Source: Callorhinchus milii
Taxonomy: Eukaryota
DNA length: 60,000 nt
Assembly (NCBI RefSeq): GCF_018977255.1
Contig: NW_024704742.1
Location: 118,546,001-118,606,000, forward strand
Direction of reading: 5' to 3'
Of this stretch, positions 34,569 to 45,200 are shown in pieces. The notes below the pieces were generated by a model. It did no database searches. It saw nothing but the letters and a program-made list of their open reading frames with translations, and was not told where the DNA came from. A program made the position numbers and the translations under genes. Positions within the stretch are counted from its first letter, which is position 1; each line of letters opens with the position of its first letter.

Positions 34569-35014
34569 CCTTACACAAAATACTGCAGGCGCTGGAGATC
34601 CGAAAACAAAAACAGAAGTCGCTGGGAACACTCAGCAGGTCAGGCAGCATCTATGGAGAAAGGAAAGTGAGTCAACGTTTCGGGTCCACAACCCTTCGTC
34701 AGAACTGGGGCATGTTGGGAGGGAGAGGCTTTTGAGAGCTAACAACAAGGGGGGAGGCAGGGCAGGGAAGATAAAGGAGAAAATGGGGGTAGAGGACAGG
34801 GGATGATGAGTTAAAGAGGTGTTAATGATGCAAAACAAAGGGGGAGATTACAACAAAGCAGGGGAATAGAGGTGTTAATACTGCAGAACAAAAGGGGGGA
34901 GAAAAAGAACTTGCAACAAAACAGGTAGATCAGGGAGAGAAAAGGTGTGTCTGGGACCAAGATGATGAAATGATTCCTTTCTCTGTTCCCAGCGACTTCT
35001 GTTTTTGTGTAAGG
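34569..35014 (-). mobile_element. Penelope-like element (PLE) terminal fragment with inverted partial terminal repeat
   Basis: Minus strand reads ctgacgaagggttgtggacccgaaacgttgactc...gatgctgcctgacctgctgagtgttcccagc, a PLE-type 3' end as I recall from chondrichthyan genomes. 34606-34630 is repeated in inverted orientation at 34984-35008. Confidence 0.8.
34670..34706 (-). ncRNA. Minimal type I hammerhead ribozyme-like motif
   Basis: AGUU-CUGACGA-A-GGGU(UGUGG)ACCC-GAAA-CGUU-GACU: conserved CUGANGA and GAAA boxes, 4-bp stem II, stem I AGUU/GACU, palindromic AACGUU in place of stem III. Confidence 0.65.
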
Positions 35015-35458
35015 CTGCTCTGGGAGTTTGTTATATTATACTATAGTTAGTTATGTTATACTGGTGTAGGAGAGGTACGCTCTTCTACGTTTAGGAGATG
35101 AGACACATGCTCCATCCGTACTCCATCTGCGATTGCTTGATACAGATTGTGGCTGAAAAGTGTTCATGAGCACAAACATTCACCCCAAACTAGCCAAATC
35201 AGTGCTTAAGTTCACGAACCAAAATGTGATTCTCTGAGTTTCTATTAACCTTGTGTTGTACACTGTAGATAGAAGAAACACTGTTTGATTTTACACTGCC
35301 AAAATTCATACATTTACAACTAACAAAGACTTGGTTAACTGAAATTGGTAAATTTACTCATCCAAGAATTCCAAATATCCGATTTACGGCAATTGTTCTG
35401 AAAACATTAAATGCAGTTTGTTGTGAGATTACCTTCATGAATGTTCTTTGTTTTTCAG

Positions 35459-35551
35459 AAGAGAGAACCGGATGATGAAGAAGAAAGAAGTAGTAAGTGG
35501 GTTAGCCAGGAACGGCAGAAAACACTGGATAGACTCCGGAGCTTTAAACAG
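35459..35551 (+). CDS. JMY: JMY internal coding exon (93 nt; not in ORF track)
   Basis: Acceptor tttttcag|AAG and donor CAG|gtgagt. Translates KREPDDEEERSSKWVSQERQKTLDRLRSFKQ. Confidence 0.95.
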
Positions 35552-37271
35552 GTGAGTGGAGGCTTCCTTCACAGGCCCAAAGCACCAGCACTGCCAGATA
35601 ACTTGTTTTACTTTTAGGATTTAAGAATATTAACAGAAGTTTCAGAATATGACTTGCTCTGTAGCTCGGTAGACCTAAGTCTATCTCTTCTTCATTTCTG
35701 AGTTGTTAACACAGCGCAATCCCTTTACAGTATTGTCATCTGGGTCCAATGTCTCAGGCCACGTTATAAACAGGCACAATAAATTGTCCGACTTCCAGAT
35801 TGTCAGGATTCTACTGATATCCCTTCTATGGTATCTATGTGCAAAAAGTGCCATTGATGTAATTTCCTCTGTGAGGAGATGTCAGCAGTGCTTCTAGTGG
35901 ATTGTGTACATGTGCAGCACACAGGAAGTGATCTTTGCCTTGTTTCCTCCATATTATTATCATTGCACACTATAGTAGAAGTGATGTTAGCAGCAACCTG
36001 ATGATCTGGAAGTGGATATTTTTTTTTCAATGATAGGATTTGGATGGCGTGATTTTGGTTTTCAGGTAAGAAAATCTCATGTCAGCAAGCCAATCATGTT
36101 GTAAGCGAGCTCTTGTTATGGCGAGGAGTGTTTATAACTGGATTACCCTGTGATAATCACATACGTAACTCACCAACATGAAGCACTGGTCTAGTTTGCA
36201 GTATTTATTCAGCTGAGTGCCCCATTTGGTAGAACTTTGAATTATAGCCAGGAAAAATTAGTAGAGCCACAACATTGGACTTGGTTATGAAGCCACTATA
36301 GGAAGATGCTAGGATTTGTATTCTGCAAGGTTGAGATAAATGGGCTGAACAGCCTTCTTCATCCATATTTCTCTTCTGATCTGTATGGGATAAGCAATCC
36401 TAGTTATATACTGTACAACATAAATATAGCAACTGATTGCCTCAAAAATCAACAGTGGTTTGGACTCTTTTTAAAAAAGTTTGATCCTATAATGGAAATA
36501 CACCTATTTCAAAGGTTGAAGTTGGCAAAAGGTAGTTTGCATGTTCGGAGAGCAATTAATAAGGATTATGGGATGCTGGGTTTTAACAAGGCGGTACGAA
36601 TTTAACAAGAATATAAAAGCAAAGAAGCAAAGTAAAGGTACTGTGTAGAGAGCATTTGTCAGACCACCTGTAGACTGTTGTGTTCAGAATTTGGAAGGAT
36701 GGACTTGGACGGAGTCCAGAGTTGATTCGCAAGATTAATACCTGGGATGAAGAAGTTTGATTGAGTAAACAGTTGATCCAATTGAGGTGTTTAATGGTGA
36801 GAATTGATGAGCTAGATATGGAATGGCTCTTGTCTCCAGTCACAGCTTTGAGAACAAGGGGACATAACTTTCAATTGAAACAAAGCTGATTAAAAGTGAA
36901 ATCAGGGATTTCTTCACACAGAGATGTGAGAATTGGAATACACAGTTGCGGAAAACTATAGAGACAGAATTGATTGGGATGTTTAAAAGAGAGATATTTG
37001 GGAAGTTAAGTTATTCATGGATGTCGAGAAAAGTCAAGAAAAAGGCATTAAAATACCCCCTTTATCTAATAAAATGTCAGAACACACTTAATAGACCGAA
37101 TGGCCAAAGAGTCTTTGTCAAACAACCGTATCTTGTCACTAGTGAAGTGTCTGAAGTATCCTTCCGGTAAATGTGTCCTGAATGTCGATTCATACAGTGA
37201 CTTTTTTCAGTGATAGGGCTTATCAGTTAAAGTAGTTCAGTGATTATTTTTTTGCATCCTTTCCCTTTCAG

Positions 37272-37845
37272 AGATACCCAGGGCAAGTTATACTTAAATC
37301 CACACGACAGCGTTTTGGCAGAAGAAAGGGCACTACAGGTTCAGTCACCTTTACCAGCAAGGAACAGCCACAGTCTCTTCCAGGAGCCTTCCAAGCACTC
37401 CACACAACTGAGGATATTTCGGCGATAAGGAAGCAATCAAAGTCCACTGAAACAACCCAGTGGAGAAGCACAGCTGCAGGACATGAGTGCGTTTCCCTCC
37501 AGGCAGGAGACGATGCCAGCCCTGAACTGTTGCAACCCGCTTCACTTCCAGTTACCTGCGGTGCCAGTGGAGAGTCCAGTATGATTGCTGTGACACCTCC
37601 ACAGCCCCCACCCCCTGTCCCTCCTCCTCCACCACCACCACCACCCCCAGCCCCGCCTCTGCCACTCACTGAGGAATTGCCTGATGCCGAGCAGCAAACG
37701 GAGAAACCTCTCCAATCAGGTGACTGCAAACAAATGTCCCAGTCTGTCAGCTTGCCTGCACCTCACTTTGACAGCCGACAGCTGCTAAACGCCAGAAGAA
37801 AATTGAAGAAGACTGCAACCAGTGAGGAGCTGAAGAAACAAAGAG
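37272..37845 (+). CDS. JMY: JMY large coding exon (574 nt): linker, polyproline tract, first WH2 domain
   Basis: Acceptor ccctttcag|AGA and donor AGAG|gtaaac. Open frame RYPGQVILKSTRQRFGRRKG...PPQPPPPVPPPPPPPPPPAPPLP...HFDSRQLLNARRKLKKTATSEELKKQR, in frame with ORF 37530. Confidence 0.95.
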
Positions 37846-38905
37846 GTAAACCTTTTGTTTGGACTTGCTCGGAAATGTGTCTTTGCTCTTCAAAAGATTC
37901 TGTCTCTATATTTATTTCTTTAGTCGTGTCATGTTACTGGCAGCGTCAGCTACAGGGTGATGCCCCTGACCATGGAATATTGGAATCCAGTGCGATCCCT
38001 GGAGGTTCAATATCTGACCAGAGAGGTCAGCGGTGCTCCAGGGCGCTCTTCATGACAGACCAGCCAGCCTGGCTTGTTGGTGAACTGGGTTTCTTTTCAC
38101 TCGGCTCTAGGTAACCTTGGAAGCCAAAGCTTTCATTGGGTAGTGTGGTCCTAGCTAGACAACCAGTGGAAAGTTCACTAACATCCATTAATGGTAGGCT
38201 GCTTAGTTTTAGTTTTAGCTGCTTGAATTCCAGCAGTACCCCAAGCGCATTTCAGGTTCCCCAAGTCATGATTCTTGCTGACCTGCAATTAAATTCTTTA
38301 GGATTATGTTAGTAGGATCTGTGCTCCTCCATATCCCCTTCTCTGCTCCATATTCTTTTTTCACATCTCCCTCTTGGCTTCTCGCCACATCCTCTTCTCT
38401 TGTGATGCAGTAAGATTCTGTTTTGATGGGTGGCTCTTAGTACGAAATCTGACTGAATGCAAAATAATCCACTCATGTATATGTATATATTTATATGAAA
38501 AATAATTTCACATTATAATATCCAATCAAAAAAAGAAATGTCACATAACATCTTTAAACAATAAAAATCATTAAGAATGTTTAAATATATGCCTTAAAGA
38601 GAGCATGATTGATGCTGTATCTTTGAACCTAACGTTTTGGATAATGCAACACATGGTTTATTTAAGGTTGATTTCATTTTCTTTGTGTTTGTATTAATCC
38701 TGCATAAATTACTTTGGAAAATGTGCTCACAACAGGTTGTCACTGGATACCTGACTAAATACAGTGACCCACTTCTCAGCTGGTTTTAGCAAGTCAATCA
38801 ATAAGATAATTAAAAAACCCAGAAAACACTTTTCTTGATGTATAGCATTTTCTTGTGCAGCAAGGTCACTTTGACAGAAGTCAGACTGAAGTTCTTCTGA
38901 CAGGG

Positions 38906-38906
<1 letters not shown>

Positions 38907-38937
<31 letters not shown>

Positions 38938-39052
38938 CCTTGCATTTGATATAGTGCCTTATTACGTCTTCGAGGCGTCTCAAAGTGCTTCACAGAATAT
39001 ACTGTAAAGTGAATTGACTGTAAATTTTGTGGGTGATATACATCTTTGCACA
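38907..39052 (-). mobile_element. SINE 3' part with long (AAT)n tail
   Basis: About ten AAT units followed by ccttgcatttgatatagtgcc... Confidence 0.88.
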
Positions 39053-39939
39053 ATCTGTAAATGTAGATGCACTGTACACTCACATAAAATCAAATTTTAA
39101 ATCCCATATATAGCATAGAAAAACTCCAGCTCTTTAATGTGCTCTCAGATGTCAATCACATGATGGTTATTGTAGGTGAACTAAAGTCTAGCCTGAGATA
39201 AATTATAAGGTAAGGGCACATTCCAGAGGTTCAGGCAATGTTCTATAAATGGAACAAAGATTTTCAGCAATGTTACCAAGTTATTTAAGCTCTCAGTTTT
39301 AACTTCCTCCTTCCTTCCTGACTGTCAGTTAATTATGTTAATAATGATCTGGGCACAGTAGTATGTAATTGGAATAGTTCTGTGAATCTCCTTTTGCATG
39401 TAACTCGCAGAGAGCATTAACTGGCAATGACATTGACGAAATCACAAAAACTCCAGCAACACACTGACACATGCACTGTGCACTGTTCGTTTTCTGTATA
39501 AAAATAAATTCACATCCTGAGGGAGGGAAGAGAGTGACACAACGATTTTTCAAATTTTGCGTGACAGAGAAGTATGGCCGGACCGTGCAATATGAGATGC
39601 ACAGAGAACAATAATAATATCCACTTGCTGTCTTGTATCTACCTCCTATAGACTCATTCTAAGACATTTTTTTTAAAAAAGCAAAACTCCGAAGATACTT
39701 TTCACTATTTTTTCCAAAAAAAATCATTAATTACCAAAATGGGATTGTAAAATTTGGTTACACAAACCAATCTAAATTGCCTTTAATGAAATTAAAGAAG
39801 CAAACAGTGAAAGCAGGTGACAGCTCATGGATTATGTAAAGTACAGAGTGTGTACTTCCCACACTTGAAAGCCATAAGATGTGCATCAGTCTAAACTCAT
39901 CAATAGGTAACAATTCCCAGACTCTGGAACCTGACCAAG

Positions 39940-40870
39940 TTAGAATCATGTAATCATATAATCATTGCATTTTGATATAGCGCCTTATACAGCACAGAAC
40001 TAGACCATTTGGCCCATCATGTCTGTGCTGAATCTTTGAAAGGAGCTATCCACATCAATCCCACTCCCTCGCTCTCTACCCATAGCCCTGCAAACTTTTC
40101 CTCCTCAAATAATTATCTACGTCTCTCTTAAAAGTTGTTATTGAATTGGCTTCCACCACCCTTTCAGGAAATGCGTTCCAAATCCAAACAACTCGCTGCA
40201 TGAAAAAATTTCTCCTCACCTCCCCTCTTTGCTTTAATAACTATTGTAAATTGGTGTCCTCGGATTACCAACCCACCCACCAGTGGAAATGGTTTCTCCT
40301 TGTTCACCCTATCAAATCCCTTCATAATTTTGAAAACTTTTATTAAGTCTCCTCTTAATCTTCTGTGGTCCAAGGAGAATAATCCTAGCTTCTCTAGCCT
40401 CTCCTGATAACTAAAGTCCCTCATTCCTGGTACCATCCTGGTAAATCTCCTTTGCACCCTCTCCAATGCCTTGACATCCTTCCAAAAATGTGGTGCCCAG
40501 AACTGAACACAGTACTCTAGCTGAGGCCTGACCAGTGTTTTATATAAGTTCATCATAACTTCCTGACTTTTGTATTCTATGCCCCTATTTCTAAAGCCTA
40601 TATCCCGTATGCTTTTTTAACAGCTTTATATACCAGTCCTGCGACCTTCAAAGATTTACTGATATGAACCCCCAGGTCTCTCTGTTCCTTCATCCCCTTT
40701 AAGATTGTACCATTTATCTTTTATTGCCTCTCCTCGTTCTTCCTCCCAAAACGCATCACTTCTCATTTCTCCACATTAAACTTCATCTGCCAGTGTCTGC
40801 CCATTTTACCAGTCTGTCAATGTCCTCTTGCAGTCTGCTGCTATCCTGCTCACTGTTGACCAAGTTCCAC
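39940..40870 (-). mobile_element. CR1-clade LINE, 5'-truncated (ORF2 C-terminus and 3' UTR), antisense to JMY
   Basis: ORF 40164..40556 LYKTLVRPQLEYCVQFWAPH...LERVQRRFTRMVPG...RRLRGDLIKVFKIMKG, diagnostic of CR1. Confidence 0.95.
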
Positions 40871-41018
40871 GGTCTAAACTTGTCATTTTATTTTTAACTA
40901 AAGGTGCACCAACATTTCTGATCAAAAGATAGTTGGAACAATTCAGTCACAAATTGAAAAATTGCCACTCTACAGTTAATTACGTGGAAGAATTTGCATA
41001 CATAGAAATCTGGAAATT

Positions 41019-41272
41019 TGGCTCTGGAACTCCATCCCCCAGTGCCTTCGCCTTGCTTCCTCCCTTTCCTCCTTCAAGGCTGGTCTCAAGGCCTTTCTCT
41101 TCAGCCGTGCCTTCAGCTCCCCTCACTACTCTACCCCCTCCTCGCTCCCTTCCCTCCCCTCACCCTGACCATTTCCCCCCCTGCTCGGGACCTGACCCAC
41201 TTGTCCAGCGCCTTGGGACGTCCTTCCGACATGAAAGGCGCTCTATAAATGCAATCTTGTTGTTGTTGTTGT
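41019..41272 (+). mobile_element. L2 LINE 3' end (same subfamily as the 11199-13564 copy)
   Basis: Highly similar to 13338-13564; (ttg)n terminus. Confidence 0.92.
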
Positions 41273-41948
41273 CAAGTGGAGTGGGCTACTGCAGTCAAAC
41301 GCATGACACAAGACAAAGGAATAATTTGGTAAATAATTCCAGAACAAATCCTGAAAGTTGGAGGTTTTAGTTATATATTAAAGAGCGATGTACTCGAGAA
41401 CTCCACGGGAGCTGAAAATGCAGAGCATTTGTTATGTTCCCCTGGACTCCATAGAACTGAAGAAAACCATAGAAATTTGCAGCACAGAAAGCTATTTGGC
41501 TCATTGTGTCTCTGCTGGCTCTTTTATAACTAATCCCTTCAGTCCTATTTACCTGCCCTTTCCCCATACTCCTGTAGTTTACTCATTTTTAGGTATTTAT
41601 CTAGTTCCCTTTGAAAGCTAATATGGATCCTGCCTTAACCACTGCTTCCGGCAGAGAATTATTTAGCATAAATACTTTATGCTCGAAAATATTTACCCTC
41701 ATCTCCCCATTTGCTCTTTTGTTAACTATTGTAACTATTATCTAACTAACTATTGTAAGAGATGCCTGTACCTGAACCAGGGGTGAGCAAGATGGGCTGA
41801 ATGGCCTCTTCTCATTTTTGCTGTCTCATGAACCATTTCTTATTGTAGAATGACTTAGAGGAGGCTGAGGGAGAAGAGCTGTTTTTTAAGAGTATTGTTA
41901 AGTGNTTTTTCTGTGCTTGTTGCCTGAACTTTGATCCCTCTGTTCCAG

Positions 41949-42256
41949 CGAGCTCACCAATGGATGAAGTTTTGGCCTCTCTGAAGCGGGGCAGTTTCCA
42001 CCTGCGAAAGGTTGAGCAGCGCTCTCTGCCCCCGTGTCCCGATGAAGATGAAAGCAATAATATCCTCGCACAAATCAGGAAAGGGGTGAAGTTGAAGAAA
42101 GTTCAGAAGGACGTGCTGAGGGAGTCGTCCATAGATTTGTCCGACGTTGATCCCCTAACGCGCAGTATCCACGAGGCTTTAAGGAGAATTAAAGAAGCCT
42201 CGCCAGAATCAGAAGATGAGGATGAGGGCTTGCCCTGCAGTGAGTGGGACAACTAG
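41949..42256 (+). CDS. JMY: JMY last coding exon: WH2-b, WH2-c, central and acidic (Arp2/3-binding) segments, stop
   Basis: Acceptor tgttccag|CG. Translates (A)SSPMDEVLASLKRGSFHLRKVEQRSLPPCPDEDESNNILAQIRKGVKLKKVQKD...LTRSIHEALRRIKEASPESEDEDEGLPCSEWDN*, with the terminal acidic Trp motif. TAG at 42254-42256. Confidence 0.98.
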
Positions 42257-45200
42257 TCACCACAAGCCAAGGCTTCATGGCATAGACATAATCTTGCCCT
42301 TCCCCTACACTGTGCTGTTAACTGTTAATGCTCCTGTAGAGGTGGTTTCTGAGTGATAGAGGAGATTGTCCCACGAAGCTGTGCCTAAATTGAAGTTATT
42401 TAATCGCAAAACTAACGGATGTGCGTACTATGATGTTTAAAATTTCCACCAGCCTTCTCTCCCAAGTTAATGAAAAAAATCTTTGTTGCACTGTACTGAG
42501 CAGTTTTCCTGTCAGAATTTACTTTGTGATCTTTGTTGTATTGTAGCCATAAGCACATTTAGCTCTGGCTCAGACATGATCAGCTCACGTTCCTCCTCGG
42601 CAATGATAAATAATCCATTAACTAAGCATGGTCTAGAAAATGCCAGTGTCATCAAAACTGAGCTCAAGTTTTCTTTCTGTGCACCAGTAGATGCTATAGA
42701 CTAGCCTGAAAAAAATGAAGTTTAATTGTCATTTGATGCTCGTTGATTTCATTCTGCCAAAGTAGGTTGTTTTCATTGAAGTGCAAAAGGGAGATTTCAG
42801 TGCATCCAGAAGAGTGTCAAAGAAAATGTCCAGATGCCTTAATAAATGGACATAGTGCACCCAGGCAGATTAGTTGTAGTTTCTCCTTATGCAAATTTTT
42901 TGGACGCTTCTTCTATTGCACTGTAAAATTGGATTGCTTTTGCATTCATTAATTTTGACCCAGTACCCCAAATCAGCTTTTGCAAACATCTGTTGGTAGA
43001 AATAGCTTTAATATAATTTAATTGCATTTTTGATGCATTGCATTTTTAATAGTTCATAAAATTGATGAATAAATTAGTAACTGTGTAGCACGGCATTTGT
43101 CCAGCTCGGTGCTTTTCCTGCTAGGATCTCACTGTGTTGAGCTTTTCACTTACACGGTTGAGTACATGTCTACATATCCACATCCCGTTGATGAACCGGT
43201 TAGGATAAATAGTTATCAGCCATCAGTGACACCTTAGTTTGCTGTGGGCTTGCCTGCTTTGCCAATTTAGCCTGTAGTGATCCTGCTCGTCCATCTCCCC
43301 CAGAAACCTATTGGCCCAAGGCAGTTGCTCAACCAAATGAAATACCAGAGACTATGGGCTAATGGGGAATTGTGGGCTTACATTTTGCTGCAAAAGTGCA
43401 TAGCTGGACAGTAATTGAGAATATGTAGACGTATAAATTCTTAGGATTAAGACCTGTTTGCCTGAAAAGTCAAATCAGTTGATCCAATTTAGATTTAGCT
43501 TGACATCCTTACAATTAGTTTGTAATCTGTACGCAAACCAATCACTTGCCTTATATTTGTTTAACAAGATATATTTAAAACGTTTTGGATAAAATCCTAT
43601 CCACTGGCAATAAAATTCAGACATCTGATGGAAGAGTTTGCATTTTACGTTTACCATCAGATGGTCAGATTCAAAAATCCCAATTATCTGTCTGGGTAGT
43701 TTGTCTAGAGGTTTTTGGTTCCTACTTTTAGTCTACATTAGAAAAGATTTGTATTTGTAAATATTTTAGCTTTGCAGCTCACATGTGTGCTGGTGAGTAA
43801 TGAAATGAGCTTTTCTGATTTATAAATTTAATAATCTTAAACATCCTCTCAAAGCACTGTGTCCTTGATCCTCTGTATCCTTGGGCTATAAACCCATGGG
43901 TTTTAAAGTTTGGGGCATTTCATAACAATGCTTATGTTGTCTGTAAATCTGGAGCCAGAGGGAGTGAGATGTGGGACAATTAGAGCGATGAGAACATGAA
44001 TTAGGGCAGGTAATAACATCTCCACCTAACATGAGCATGAGAGCTGTATTACATCAACATGTGCCAGCAGTGTTGAGTGAAGCTTCCTCATAGCCTGAAT
44101 TCAAATGGCACAACATGAAATAGTTTTTTTTTAGAAAAGTATATCTGTGTACAAGAATAAAATACGCTCCTGCTGCTGGGTTGGTGCACAAGACCTTTTG
44201 TGATCACTTCCACAAGCTGCATTTCATAAATGTACCTTTCATATCAGTCCCTTAGTAAAGGACACGTATATCTGATTTGAGAGCACTGGAGTGCTTGCAT
44301 GGCACATTTTGAATGAATTATTAGAGTCTGTATGAATTGCTAATCATAAAATCTAGACTTGAATTAACTGATCTGACAGATCTGTATTTATTTATTTAAG
44401 TGCACATCATAGACAATTCCTGTTGAGGAAGAAAAACAGATCAGTGTTGCATTGCTGGAATATTTTTCAATCAAATTTAACTATCTTTTCTGTTGGATCA
44501 AGAAAATCTGGGATCTTATGAAAGCGTTACATAGCTGTAGAAAATAATTTACCTGTTTTGATCAGCAGTGAAGACTGGAATTACCATCTCTCCTACAAAC
44601 AAACTGCTTCACAGCTGCCAGACTGACCTAATACATAATCCATGTGGTTTTCGCAAAACATGCGATGCCAGGATTATCCATGGTTAGCACCAAGACTTGC
44701 AACGTTTCATTTTTATTCAACCAAGTAGTATCTTCAGAAATAACTAATGAAGGGGTAAGGAAGAGAGTAAGTGGAACCTTAGCAGAAGGTTGCTGAACAA
44801 AGTTGCTATGATTTCTGATTCCTGTATATCATGGTAGCAATAGCCACTTGTATCTTTTAGTGCACTGATCAATTGCATCCTGACCTGAAAATAAATGTTA
44901 CCATAACATGTAGATATGACTGCTTTGGCTCATGGTTTCAGCCACATGGTTATAGCTACATGCGTTATTATTATTATTTAAAATCTGTTTTTGAATTATT
45001 GCATCTGGGAATTGTTCTGTATATTTGACATATATTTGTGTGAGCGTGGAGCAATTCACTATTTAGGTGCACAAATCAGTCTTATAAGAGTACCTTTTTT
45101 TTAAACTTAGCATTCTATATATATATATATAAACAACATTAAATAGGCATTGCTTGTATTCAGGGATATTAGTCCTTATTAATGATGAGGCCAGTCTAAA

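Noticed and set aside
37268..37729. 153-aa Gly-rich antisense ORF
   Set aside because: Shadow of the JMY polyproline exon on the opposite strand.
41905..41905. Ambiguous base 'n' upstream of the last coding exon
   Set aside because: Sequence-quality marker in an intron; does not affect the acceptor or reading frame.
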